Shown piece after piece: positions 13,591 through 27,042 of a DNA stretch of 64,000 bases. The stretch spans positions 81,716,001 to 81,780,000 of the forward strand of contig NC_043006.1 of the NCBI RefSeq assembly GCF_006345805.1, written 5' to 3'. Under the pieces are notes generated by a model that saw only the letters and a program-made list of their open reading frames with translations, ran no database searches and had not been told where the DNA came from. The stretch comes from Octopus sinensis. Its lineage: Eukaryota. Position 1 is the stretch's first letter. Every line of letters begins with the position of its first letter. The translations under genes were made by a program, and so were the position numbers.

Positions 13591-14005
13591 CTATTTCTTT
13601 ACTGCCCACAAGGGGCTAAACACAGAGAGGACAAACAAGGACAGACAAAGGGATTAAGTCGATTATATCGACCCCAGGACGTAACTGGTACTTAGTTTAT
13701 CGAATCCGAAAGGATGAAAGGCAAAGTCGACCTCCGCGGAATTTGAAATCAGAACGTAAAGACAGACGAAATACCTGTTTCTTAATTACCCACAAGGGGC
13801 TAAACAGATGGGACAAACAAGGACAGACATAGGTATTAAGTCGATTACATCGACCCCAGTGCTTAACTGGTACTTAATTTATCGACCCCGAAAGGATGAA
13901 AGGCAAAGTCGACCTCGGCGGAATTTGAACTCAGAACGTAACGGCGGACGAAATACGGCTAAGCATTTCGCCCGGCGAGCTAACCTCTCTGCCAGCTCAC
14001 CGCCT
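13591..14005 (-). mobile_element. SINE family A multimer (head plus two tail-i units)
   Basis: Two tandem B-box/core/tail-i units behind one A-box head. Confidence 0.85.
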
Positions 14006-14472
14006 GTGTTATTGCCGTTAACTAAATCTAAGCAAGTGGTAGTGTTCGTAATGACTGAAAATGGCTATTTTTACTATAAATCACCTTGTCTTCGATTTAA
14101 CTCTTTAGGCTGTTCAACCTTTATAATCAACTTCTATTGCATGCATGGTAGTGTGAAATGTATACCTGCCGGCAATTGTCTTAATGGCTTCAACATATAA
14201 CAACCAAAAGCTAATCATGTTTCAATAATTTAATGAACTAGAAAAAAGAAAAGAGAAAAAAACTAATAATTCGAGGTATTTAATTTCAAAATGTTATTAT
14301 ACAGAATATGAATGCTGCATTATACTATTAATAATCCTTAATGAGTGTAATCGGAAAAATTGTTAACTAACTTCTTGTGATTTTTATATGTTAGTGCTGA
14401 CTAACAGACATAATTCACTTTTGACGTCACTAATAATAACTGATGACGTTGATCTTTTAATACACGCTGAAA

Positions 14473-14858
14473 TCTTTATATATAAAAGTCAAGTTGTGTG
14501 TCTGTCTCCTACGATTTAGATTCCTAACTACTCCCACATTTTGCGGTGCAGTTTAACCAAAACCGGGTATCTTATAATCGTGATTCATATCGAGCCCTTC
14601 TGGGTATTAGCGCGCGTCTACGATGAGTCTACGATTTTTTTTTTAATTTACCATCATTTTTTTTCCATTTTAATGCATTTTTTTGCTATTATATAAGGGA
14701 AGTAACTCTCTAAAAATGTCTATGATGAGTCAACGATTTAAAAAAAAATTTACCATCATTTTTTTTCCATTTTTAATGCATTTTTTTGCTATTTTTTGGC
14801 TATAACTCTCTAAAAATGCTTATATAGTTATTTCCCTTACAAACCCGAGCAATGCTAG
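14473..14858 (+). mobile_element. Non-autonomous Helitron
   Basis: A|TC(TTTATATATAAAAG)...CTAG|T termini, no TSD; internal ~110-bp tandem duplication; 3' hairpin appears partly deleted. Confidence 0.65.
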
Positions 14859-15457
14859 TTACTAAATATACCAATTATTACTGTATATAAGCTGTGTATC
14901 TGTTATCAATATATACTGAGAAGGGACACAAACTGTATCAAACTATCAATGGAGTAGTGTAGTGTTCTTGACGAAAATGAAACCCGATTTTCTTACATCT
15001 AATAACACATTTAGTAATAAATAGTTCCCGTAAAATTACCGAGATGTGGAAAATATGATAACATAACTGAAGTAGCAAGTTAGTTTAATGATTAGTTGGG
15101 TAGTCTACTACGCCAAGACCTAAATATCTCGTACAAGAGAACTAATAGTATTAACATTTAGCGTGACTTCTGAATTAAGGAGTGAATGTCCCTAGAACAT
15201 AACTTAATTTCAGTGGAAAGAAATTTCCCTTTATCTTCTACACCTCGAAATATGAATAAGTGGTACGTTATTTTATTTATGCTCATCTGATCCACTCATT
15301 TGATCCGTTCCTTTTGTATAGTCTAAACACATCAGTATGATATGTATCTGTGTTTCAACGTTTAAGCGCAGGCATATTCGTGTGGTTAAGCGCGGGCATA
15401 TGCGTGTGGTTTGCATCAGGGCTACATTGTTTCGAGTTCCTACCTATTGTGTGCTAC

Positions 15458-15670
15458 CTGGATAAGTGTATTCTGCAATAGTCACGGGAACACGAAATCC
15501 CTGTGAGTGAAATTTTGGAGAATGAAATCTATGCGTAATTTCGTCAGACGGAACAGTCTTGTTCTTCAATGCTAAGCATAAATCATCGTCTGATTTAACT
15601 CTCCCACTCGACCCTTGGATGTTTTCTTTCCAATCAACTTCATTCCATGAACCATGTAGGTCCTCTATGA
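15458..15670 (-). CDS. Putative internal coding exon of an unidentified gene (213 nt, phase 1-1)
   Basis: ttttgtcag| acceptor, CAG|gtagca donor, stop-free IEDLHGSWNEVDWKENIQG...FRVPVTIAEYTYP; non-repetitive sequence. Confidence 0.3.
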
Positions 15671-17361
15671 CTGACAAAATCGATTCGATTCATTTGATAT
15701 TCAATTTGAAAATCCGCATGTCGACGTCTCCAATAGGCAACGTAACTTTCACTGATCCAGTTTATCTAGCAACAGTTATTTCTCATAGTTGGTTGAGACC
15801 AGACGCAGAACAAAAATAGCTTTGCTTAACCAGTTGAAGTATTACTGCTATTTATTTTACGTACCGTGGGCCACTAAATTGACACTGGTGTGGTTCGATC
15901 ATGGTATACTTATCAAGTGACACAATCCGAAATTGATACATCGATCATTGAATATTATAAATCTCGATTACCCAGATTTTTATACTTCTTTGAAAAGCTC
16001 TGATATGCATTTCTCATAAACACTGATTTCGTTTCTAAGTACGATATCTTTAATCTAACGATAAGAGACTATCAAATACTCGTAACCTTTCATGTCTTTT
16101 TCAGATTCATTATAGAAAGGAAAAAAGTTAAATTGCTACAACTAAGAATCGAAAGCCAGGTCGCAGACTCGTCTCACTTGTAGCTTATCTGTATTTTACA
16201 TTCATTGTCTGCTTTAATTGTTTACAGTATGATTAATGATTTCTCAGAATTTTATGTTAAAACAGCAAGACAAATTGTTAAATTGAGAAGCTTCACCATA
16301 TGAAATGATAAAAATGACTGTGAAGGTCGAAGCCAGGTCATTAATTCGGCCTATCAATAACCTACAGCTACAGTATAACACCCTGAACAATTACATTTAT
16401 TATGAAGGTATATCAAATTACAATACTGTACAAATATTTTCCTGTTTTAAAAACACCACAACAGCCGCAATAATATATGCAAAACAGATGCAAACAAAAG
16501 TACTGCGTTATTATATACATTTGATAAGAATGAAACATGAGCACCAGTTTTAAACATCTGTTGCCGATCCGATAATGGTAAGATATACTTGTATAGGGGA
16601 CATGCCTTTTACATATTCCACACGATTGATTATTTTCTGCAAGTTATTTATTTAATTTTATTCTTTTCTTCAATGTAGTTCAAGCTGGTGCTGAATTTAT
16701 TATTGCTCTCTCTCTCTCTCTCTTTCCCCCTCTAAGTACCGCTCTCTCTCTCTCTCTCTGTCTCTTTCTCTCTTCCCTCTCTATGTACTGCTCTCTCTCT
16801 CTCTTTCTCACCTCCTATCTCACCCTCTCTCTTTCTATTCTTTGTATCACAACGGTTGGGTTAAGAATATAAAGCTTATAATTTCAAAGCAACTATCGTG
16901 TTTCTGTAAAAATATTACCAGGACAAATAGAATGGGAAGAAAAGAGATAAATTCATTTATTTATACTAATGATGAGGATGTAGTGGCCGAAATTCAGTGC
17001 TGGGCGAAGTTTGAAGTCTAATTTTATTTAGAAACATTCATCGAAATTCAATATATTGTAAAACCAACACACATCTAAAGACACTTTCAAAAATAGATAA
17101 ATTATTCCACCAAATACACAAATATTCACTTCAAACAAAGACACGATGTTTCCCTTTTGTAGAAAAGGATATGGTCGATTATACTGACCCCAGTAACAGA
17201 CTGGTATTTCTCTTATTAATCCCGGATTGAGCAAGAACGAAACTTATGTGATTCGAAACCACAACGCCAAGCGGAGAAACTATACACTGCATGAATAGTG
17301 TTTACTGCTCTTCTGATTCTTCTGATATCCCATTTCAAATAATAGTTCATGCGATATTTTA

Positions 17362-17577
17362 AGGCAGTGAGCTGGCAGAATCGTTAACACGGTGGGCAAA
17401 ATCCTTAGCAGGATTTCGTCCGTCTTCACGTTCTGAGTTCAAATTAGCCGAGGTCGACTTTGTCTTTCATCCTTGAGGGGTCGATAAAATAAGTACCAGC
17501 TGATCACTGGGGTCTATGTAATCGACTTACCCTCTTCCCAAAAATTTCTGGCCTTGTACCAAAATTTGAAACCAATA
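17362..17577 (+). mobile_element. SINE family A monomer with tail iii
   Basis: A box TGGCAGAATCGTT, B box GAGTTCAAATT, tail ...ggccttgtaccaaaatttgaaaccaat. Confidence 0.85.
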
Positions 17578-18984
17578 TTGTGTGTGACGTCACTACGGTC
17601 ACGGCCTCATGAGATCATAATGACTGAGATTTTAGCGACGAAGATTAATATTTAATCCCAGATCAGCCGTGATCAAGTAAAAGAAATCGTCCCAATCGTG
17701 GACATTTCGCCTTTGGGGAAGGAGAAGGAGGACAACAACCATCTTCAGTGTCCAGTGGTATTTCAATATTTTTGAAATGGTAGGATGTCCCTTAAGGTAA
17801 ATAAAGTTGCTATCTATAGCAGATCGGACAAGGGTATAAATCCTCCTTCATTGGTTCGAATGGTGTTATGTAGTAGGCCTTCCAAGAGGCATAATACATA
17901 AAACTTGCCCAGAAGCATAATATATAACTATGTCCTTGAACATAATACATCGACTCACTTAATAAAATGAGGTAAATGTTTATGAATTAACCATTTACAA
18001 AATGGTAGTCCAATGCTTTATCCTTTCTGTTATTTAATTCTTAACAAACACCTGTACACAAACACATATATTGGCGCACGCACTCAAATACACGCATAAT
18101 CAAGTACAAGCATCGACATACATACAAATGTAAGGCTGGTTTATAGTGTAGTTTTATTAAAGCGTTATATATGATAGTCCTCGTTTCATTTACCAATTCG
18201 TTGTCTTTATATTTCTCATTACTTCGTCGTTCTTGTTCTCCTTGCTTTATTCTAAATATCATCTTTCAGTTCTTGTTATCTAGAAGACTTTTTTAATGAA
18301 ATTTCTTATCTCTATATCATTTGTTATTTTAATTCAGTAGCCAAATCAGCAGGCATTCTCTCTATATATATCAATTATATAATTGCAACCTATTTTGCTA
18401 AGCCGTGTCCTGTTTTTACTAGAGACGATTATTTGTTTATTGCTCATTCATTGGTCGCGTCACTAGATGTCCTGTACCTGCTTGTTTTACAATTCCATAA
18501 TACCCTGATTTATAAAAGCTCTTGATGGACCTAATTGATAAAATATTTATACCTAAATTCTCTAAAGATGTTTTATAAAATTTGTTAAGGGAGGTGCAGT
18601 ATATCTCGGGATACCTACACTGTAATTCTTATTCAACTGTTAAATTTTGGTGTCGTCTAATTGTACCTCCACTGCTATTTTTCGCTACAGTTACTGTATA
18701 GAATTTTAAAGCATATATCAATGAATCCTCACGAACATAGTTAACTGTCTACGCATAAATATACATACAAATATTTGCATATACATTTACATATGCCTGC
18801 ACGCACACACTCATCGAGTGTGTATATAAGTACACGTACACGCACATATATTTGTCTTGATATACAAATGCATAAGTATATAACTAAACATGCTTACATA
18901 TACTTAGATTTGCATACTTATATTTACGTCCAGGAACAGAAACATCAGCGGTGGTAGCACACCCAATACACAGATCCCCAATAT

Positions 18985-19204
18985 ACGAGGTCCGATCAAT
19001 AAGTATCTGGACTGTTGCCATAATAACGAGGCCTCAATCAAGTGTCTGGAGGAGGTAGTGCTGCCCTGGGTCAAGAGAGTGGCTGTTGGAAGACCCTATG
19101 TCTGGCAACAGGACTCTGCACCATGCCACACAAGCGGGACAACCCAGTCATGACTGTCAGACAATTTCTGCGACCACATCACCCTTAACATCTGGCCACA
19201 TAAC
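18985..19204 (+). mobile_element. Tc1/mariner TIR joined to a maT (DD37D-type) transposase fragment
   Basis: TA|CGAGGTCCGATCAATAAGTATC mariner-type end; IKCLEEVVLPWVKRVAVGRPYVWQQDSAPCHTS...IWPHN, cut off at the hAT left end. Confidence 0.65.
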
Positions 19205-21655
19205 CAGGCTTGTCAAATGTATTTTGATGAAAGTACCAAATTAACCAAAATAAAAGTACCAGATTTTGCTCAAAAAGTGCCAAAATTTAAATTTGTAATA
19301 TTGAAATGCATAATATATATTATTTATAATATACAGGGCTTTATTCTAAAGTGACCTACACATATTTTATGTACTTACTTTATGATTAAAAGGGTGCATC
19401 GTCAACAGGGTGAGGTTCCTCTTTGTACCAATGTCCTTGTTCTTTTAATTTAGCACAAATCTTTGCATTGGGTGTATAAGTTGCGCAGTTTACATCAGAA
19501 GAAGACTTTGTGAATGGAGCAGAGCATTGCCTGTTTGGATATACAGTTTAGACCTATTCTTGACTTTAATGTTATTTAGGACTGCAGCTGAAGGATGTGG
19601 TAATGATATGAGTTGAAACATAAAGCATCACAGGATCGGATAACGAACTTCATTGCCACATTTTTTCCTTAGAAATTTTATACCAATAATCTGGTTTGGT
19701 AGCTTCAGTTATGTCATTGTTACCTTGAGGTTTAAGTTCTCTTTATTCTTTAAGAGCTTCAATCTGACTCTACTGAACAATATTTGGGAATTTGCATGCC
19801 AGAGGAACAGTTGAACTTGGAACTTTGCAATCACGAATACTAACTGAGTCTAGTGCCTCTCGAAGCTTCAGATTACAGAAGAAATCATGTGCAAAGAAGC
19901 ACTGAAACAATTCCTTCCCGAGGCGCACATAAAAATTTGATGTTTTCACATGAAATTTTTTCAGTTCAGTTGTACTAATATATGGAGCTTTCTTTATGTA
20001 GATGCTTTCAACTTTTGCTCCTCTGTAAATTTCAGTTATGGGAAGATACACGGTTGGATCATTGATCTTAATTTCATGTAACTCTTTATTTTTCACAATT
20101 TATTTTTTAACAAAATTACCAAGTATTCCCATAACAGTACACGTGATAGATTCGTGCAGTTTGTGAATTCTATAGCTATCTGATTGGAAATCCAAGTTCA
20201 ACTTATTAATATCTGGCAAAATATATGCTATAAATGCATAATATATCTATGTGATTGGATTTGTTAATGAGTTCAGCACATTTGAAGCTGCACTGTTGTT
20301 ATCTTCAATATCAGCAGTAGTAAAGAATAACACTAGAGCAGACCGCTGTTCTAGTATTCTTTCACCAACGTGTTCTACAGATAGCCACCTTGAGCAACTT
20401 ACAAGTAATAATTTGAGGATTTGTTTGAGTAAATGCCTGAAATTCTTTATATTCCTGCAGTCTCTTTGGGCTATTTGTGAGGAATTAAAATATGCTTCTA
20501 GCAAGTTCTTCTAAATATGAAGGTAATTCTAAACATACCTTTGATGTACAGATATGCACAGAGTGACAGACACGACCCTGAATAAAGAGAGAGGGAACTT
20601 TGTTCTTCAGTAATACCTGCACACCGCCCTTCTGTCCCATTATTTACACTAGCATTGTCACTGGTAAATCCTATCAAATTTTCAAAAGGAATATCATTTA
20701 AGGTGAAGAATTTTTCAATAGAAGAAAAAATTCCATTAGCAGAGCAATCTTTGGCTTCCAAAAGATTAAAATAACTATGAATAAATTTTTGAGTGCTACG
20801 ATCATAAAATCTAGGAAACAGAACAAGCTGTTTTGTGTACTTACATCAGAAGTTTCATCAACAATTAACGAAAACTTGCGCTCTTTGAAATGTTTAATGA
20901 GGTTTTCAAAGTAATAAAGGGCCGAAAGCATTTTTATATATTTGAGTAGCTCTGGTTCTTGCGCATTTAATATCTCTAGCTATTTTGGAATCAGGACATG
21001 CATTCTGAATTAGTCCAGGTAAATGATCCATAAGTCTCACTGATAAGTTATGTTCTGCAATGAAGGAACAAAGCTTAAACTCGGCAGCTGCAACGTTTGT
21101 AACAGGAACAGAAGTTGTAGGCTGAAAAATGTAGGTCTTTTCTGAATTAACATTTTTAATATGTTTTACGTTTTCCCGTGCTTCTCCAGCTGAATTACAC
21201 TGCCTTGAATTTCATAACAACAAAATTTACAGTATGCTCTTTCGATATTTGTTTTACTTGGTTCTAACCAAGATGAAAATCGAGAATCTTTCGTATTCTT
21301 GCTCATCATGAGGGTTATAAATCTCTCATAATTGATAAAAGTCTAACGAGATAGTAAGGAATCACTTGTCACTTATGTATAAAACATGCTACTGACTGGC
21401 ATTAGAGGCGGCAACCCGGTGATATTGAATAGTACTACGATACACGTACATACCAACTAGCTACCAATTAGATATAAACTGCCTCGATATAAAATGCCGC
21501 AAAGTAGATTTTAATATAAAATTGTTAATCCAATTGTAATGTAATGTCTTTATTGTTACATTGTTCACTTACATATGCTGTAAACTTACTTTTTTACATA
21601 AAACGAAAAGATTTCAAAAAAGTACCAAATTATTGCAGCATAGTACCAAAAGGGC
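19205..21655 (-). mobile_element. Decayed hAT DNA transposon (ZBED/ZNF862-like transposase)
   Basis: CAGGCTTGTCA terminus with agtacc subterminal repeats; opposite terminus not found beyond the SINE at 21656. Confidence 0.7.
19490..21309 (-). pseudogene. hAT transposase pseudogene (BED finger, DDE core, dimerisation domain)
   Basis: WLEP..AYCKFCC..LEKH (BED); AEFKLCSFIAEHNL..DHL..DSKIA..KCARTRAT; FSLIVDETSD; GFTSDNAS; SRWLS; LISLPHPSAAV-LNNIKVKNRSKL; many stops and frameshifts. Confidence 0.9.
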
Positions 21656-21830
21656 GAGAGAAAGTTGTGGTGAAAGAGTGCAGCAGGGATCACCACCACC
21701 CCTGGCGGAGCCTAATGGAGCTTTAGATGTTTTCGCTCAATAAGCACTCACAACACCCTGTCAGAGAATCGAAACCGCGATCCTATGACCGCGAATCCGC
21801 TGCCTTAACCACTGGGCCATTGCGCCTCCA
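21656..21830 (-). mobile_element. SINE family C, 5' part (tRNA-derived head)
   Basis: A box TGGCCCAGTGG, B box GGTTTCGATTC; body shared with 51921-52190. Confidence 0.8.
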
Positions 21831-21933
21831 TATACATATATATAAATGTATGTATGTAAGTATTATGTAAATATTACGCGCGTATGTATGTGTGTGTATG
21901 CATCTATGTATGGATGTATGCATGCATGAGCAC

Positions 21934-21974
<41 letters not shown>

Positions 21975-22854
21975 CATGCATTCACACATACAACTATTAT
22001 TCTACAATTGTTCCTGGCATGTGTGTGTGGGAGGAGTGTGTGTATTATACATGCGCTTTTGTGCTTGTATTATACACGTATACAAATATTATTTTACATA
22101 TATATTTGATATATATCTATATACATATTTGCAGGCGTACATAAATACGTACGTACATACATATATACATACATACATACATACATACATACATACATAC
22201 ATACATACATACATACATACATACACACATAAACAAATGAATTCCGAATATGTTTAATCAATATTTTGTTTCGAATTATCAATAGATAACATCATATTTT
22301 GATTAAAGAAAAAAATTCCAGTGAAAGAGCTTACATATCTAATATAGACAAGATCGGCTTCAATGTCAAGTTTGGTTTCTGCTTCCTTTTTGTTTCTATC
22401 CTGTTTCTACTGCAATAACAAACCCGCTCAGCTGTAAAAATAATACAAACCACCAAACAAAAGGCAAAGTAGAGAACTAACAATGATTATAAAGAATGTC
22501 TTTCTTAATTATTTAAAATGATTCTATATATATATATATATATATACTTGTATGTATGTATACATACATGCGTATACTCACGGGTTTGTGTGTGTATATA
22601 TATATGTACATACTTACACATACGTATATCTGTCGTTCAATGCTTGAAATGGGGAGTAGATAGACAGCCGACAACTGACGAAGGGTTGTTCTTTATGTTA
22701 CTTGTCCTGTTTTCCATTTGTTTCCATCTTTGTTTGCGTATTGAACTCATTTGCTTTCATATCTATGTTGTTTACTGTCTGTGACGTCCTGTACCCATAT
22801 ATGCATCTAATATATATATATACTTAGCACACAGCCACTCCTGCGCCTATTATA

Positions 22855-22910
<56 letters not shown>

Positions 22911-22913
<3 letters not shown>

Positions 22914-23287
22914 GGCGCAGGAGTGGCTGTGTGCTAAGTAGCTTGCTTACCAACCACATGGTTCTGGGTTTATTCCCACTGCGAGGCATCTTGGGCAAGT
23001 GTCTTCTACTATAGCCTCGGGCCAACCAAAGCCTTGTGAGTGGATCTGGTAGACGGAAACTGAAAGAAGCCTGTCGTATATATGTATATATGTATGTGTG
23101 TGTATATGTTTGTGTGTCTGTGTTTGTCCCCCAACATCGCTTGACAACCGATGGTGGTGTGTTTACGTCCCCGTATCTTAGCGGTTCGGCAAAAGAGACT
23201 GATAGAATAAGTCCTGGGGTCGATTTGGTCGACTAAAGGCGGTGCTCCAGCATGGCTGCAGTCAAATGACTGAAAGAAGTAAAAGAG

Positions 23288-23290
<3 letters not shown>
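22911..23290 (+). mobile_element. SINE family B, near full length
   Basis: tRNA-like head, CORE-like region, internal (TA/TG)n, tail ctccagcatggctgcagtcaaatgactgaaa. Confidence 0.85.
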
Positions 23291-23319
<29 letters not shown>

Positions 23320-23324
23320 ATATA

Positions 23325-23389
<65 letters not shown>

Positions 23390-24149
23390 TATATATTACG
23401 TTTATATATTTGTTTTGCAAGATTTTTGGTGTGAAATCGTGTATTGAAACAGATGTTGTTGTATTTAGGAATGGTCATTTTGCCAGTTTAGCCAATATAG
23501 TGCGTGTGTTTTTATGGCTAAACTGGCAAAATGGCCATTCCTAAATACAACAATATATATATATATATGTGTGTGTATACATATATTATCTATTTTATAT
23601 ATAAGTATTTATTTATCCATATATAAATATATACATTTATACACATATATAATAGTCCCCCTACATATGTGTTTGTGTATGTGCGGGCGCACGTGTGTGT
23701 GTGTGTGTATGTGTGTGTGTGTGTGCATACATACAGACACCTACAGTAATGCAGTCGATGCACACGCGGTAATATTGATTTTAATGAAGAGGGACATAGA
23801 AGGATAAAGAGAGAAAGATAAAAGGGAGGGGTAAATACATCAACAGTGTATGTAAATTGAATTGGGTAATAGAGACCCTACCATGTATTTTCCCTTTACC
23901 GTTGATTGAAGCCAACAAGGAAGTTCAACACGAGCCAACAAGGGAGCCTCTTCTTTGTCTCTCGATCTGTTAGAAACAGTAGTCAAGTTTCCTTTAAATC
24001 ACGTGTTACCGTCTTGGGAAACGAAAAGACGCGTTGAATAGTTTATTTCTAGGTAGTTTTGGTGAAGCTTTGTGAGGTATAACTTTAAAGAAGGGTTTTA
24101 TGTAAGATCAGAACAATGCCAGAAGGTACAAAGTGAACTACGAAAGGAA

Positions 24150-24430
24150 AAGGAAAGAAAAAGTTGCAGTTGTACCTTGTATTTCGATGTTTCGTGGTGA
24201 AGACCCATTCTTCAGGGCAATTAGCAAAAGCGGTAGCTGCGAAAAATCATTGCTCAGATGTGTGGGGGTAGAAGGAAGTAGGAGAGGAAGGAGGAAGATG
24301 ACAAGCACAGACTGGTGTTGCTATAGCAACCAGTCTGTTTCGTGTAGTTCCTTGCTGTTGTTAATGACTGGTCTCGGTTTGTTTATGAGGAAGGCCTCCA
24401 TCATTCTGAGAGTGCTCCTTTCAGCATCAT
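24150..24430 (-). mobile_element. Penelope-like element 3' end (GIY-YIG C-terminus plus degenerate hammerhead)
   Basis: TLRMMEAFLINKPRPVINNSKE..* (stop 24321-24323) fits the PLE pattern R..EA..I....P..N; downstream CTGAAGA-a-tgg/cca-c-GAAACAT at 24183-24218. Confidence 0.55.
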
Positions 24431-25469
24431 ACTACAAATATATGTTCTAATACACGTATACAACGAATATGTAGACGTATAAACATTTGGCTGGTGTGTG
24501 TATATGTGTGTGAAGAATTGTGAAGAAATCCATATTTTCTAAATAGGTCATATCCTACATCTAGTTACGAAAATTTGTCGAAAGATCCGCATTCATAACA
24601 AATGATAACAAAAACGGATCTACACGTCTTAAAACACATTGTTATCAACCAATTGCATTAATATCTGCAATCTCAAGTTGGGCGTTTTCGTCTTTCAATC
24701 ATTTGAAATAACAAAAAGTTGTGTTGATTCGATTTGCACCTTCATTCCGAACAAACAATCGCTAACCTCGTCTGTAGACCACCTACCTTCATACAATCAT
24801 CATTTCCACCATAATCAACGTCATTCTTCGCCATATTTTTCTTTCAATTGACAAAGTAATAACTTCTCAAGTACATTTTTTATCGTAAATTTTTTATCTT
24901 TTCTTTGTTTCAATCATTAGATTGCGACCATGCAGGGCGCCGCCGCCTTGAATGGTTTAGTCGTAAAAAATAAACAACCCCAAATTATTTTATTTTATGT
25001 TAGTTTAGTTTGGTTTAGATTGAAGTCTGTAGATTCTCGATTACTATTGCCGGTCTGCCACATGTGTCATGTGTTCTGGGATACAAGGATACAAGCTTAA
25101 AGACACACACATGTATATACGATGGATTTCTTTCGGTTTCCTTCTGCCAAAAGCACTCACAAGGCCTTGAACGGCCTAAACTGCCACGCAATGGGACTGA
25201 ACCCGAAACTATGTGGGTGGAAAGAAAACTTCTTTTCAACAGACATCTATGTATATATATTGGATATATATGTATAATATATATATAATAAATATGTACG
25301 TATAATATGTATAATATATATATATTATATATGTATATGTATATAATATATAATATATATGTATATGATATACTTATATATAATCTATATATATAATATA
25401 TATATATCAGATATATAATATATAAATATGTAATAAATATAGAATATATATATATATATATGTAATACA

Positions 25470-25538
25470 TATGATATATATATATAATACATATGATATA
25501 TATATATATATGATATATATATATATATGATATATATG

Positions 25539-25569
<31 letters not shown>

Positions 25570-25665
25570 ATATTATATATATATATATGATATATATATA
25601 TAATATATATGATATATATATATGATATATATGATATATATATATATATGATATATATGATATTA

Positions 25666-25709
<44 letters not shown>

Positions 25710-25960
25710 ATATATGATATATATATATATGATATATATGATATATATATATATGATATATATGATATATATATATATATATGATATATATGATATATAT
25801 ATAATATATATAATGATATATATATATATTATATATATATATATATATGATATATATATATATGATATATATATGATATATGATATATATATATATATAT
25901 ATATATATGATATATATATGATATATATGATATATATATATGATATATAGGATATATATA
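25470..25960. repeat. (TA)n tract punctuated by G (atatatg units)
   Basis: Direct inspection. Confidence 0.95.
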
Positions 25961-26224
25961 TATATAATGATATATATATATATTCTATATATATTATATG
26001 TACATGTTATATATATTATATATATTGCATATATATATATATATATATATTATGTTTGGATATGTTATATATATAGATATGTATTATATATATTGTATAT
26101 GTTATATATATTATATGTATTGTATGAATATATATTATGTTTTCTTCTTACCACAGTCATGCTTGTCCTATATACATATCTTTGTTTTATTCTTTTGAAT
26201 ATATATATATATATATATTCGTAC

Positions 26225-26275
<51 letters not shown>

Positions 26276-26277
26276 GA

Positions 26278-27042
26278 AATTTTTTCCGTAATAAGATAAA
26301 AAAACCAAGGGTGTGTAGATTTTAGAATATTTATAGATATAAGGTCCTACAGCTGTTTCTAGGATATTTATTATATCTCTTCATCGGAGACGGTGTGAGA
26401 AGATGGTTAAGCAATAGTTAATTTAGATAAGATACGAAATAGAGAGTAAAGTAGAAGAATGAAAATAGATGTGAGATATGCAGGGATATTGCATTTGTAG
26501 ACCCATTATTTAGGCAGAATGGTATACATATAAGATTCTAATACCTTGTGAGTAAATTCCAATAGCATTTAGAATTGGTCATTGTAAATTCCAGTTTGGT
26601 CATTCCAAGTATAGACTTTGTACATAGTGCTATTGAATCGAAGGTTTTATTTACTTTTAGGTCACCTTAAGTAAAACCTTCGATTAAATAGCACTATGTA
26701 CAAAATCTATACTTGGAATGACCAAACTGGAATTTACAATGACCAATCCTAAATGCTATTGGAATTTACTCACAAGGTATTGTAATTTTATTTGTATACC
26801 ATTCTGCCTAAATAATGGGTCTACAAACGCAATATACCTGCATATCTCACATCTATTTTCATTCCTCAACTTCACTCTCTATTTCGTATCTTATCTAAAT
26901 TAACTATTGCTTAACCATCCTCTCACACCGTCTCCGATGAAGGGATATAGTTAATATCCTGGAAACAGCTGTAAGACCTTTCTATTTATAAATGTTCTAA
27001 AATATGCACATGGTTTTTTTTATCTCATTCTGAAAAAAAATT
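26278..27042. mobile_element. Fold-back palindrome 1 of Penelope-like LTR family (arms ~385 bp)
   Basis: Arms are reverse complements centred on GGTCACC (26660-26666); (TA)n on both flanks; hammerhead-like motif in each arm. The palindrome is seen directly; the PLE assignment is inferred. Confidence 0.8.
26930..26977 (+). ncRNA. Hammerhead-like motif (mirror copy at 26344-26391, minus strand)
   Basis: Stem I gtct/agac; CCGATGA; stem II gggatat/atatcct; GAAA; palindromic stem III ACAGCTGT; GUA cleavage triplet; extra nucleotides flank stem II. Confidence 0.5.

Noticed and set aside
21760-21830. tRNA-like sequences at SINE heads
   Set aside because: A and B boxes are present, but there is no complete cloverleaf and they continue into SINE bodies; not called as tRNA genes.
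22660-22800. CTGACGAAGGG in a TA-flanked repeat fragment
   Set aside because: No stem II/GAAA follows; may be a PLE LTR piece but is not a supportable ribozyme.
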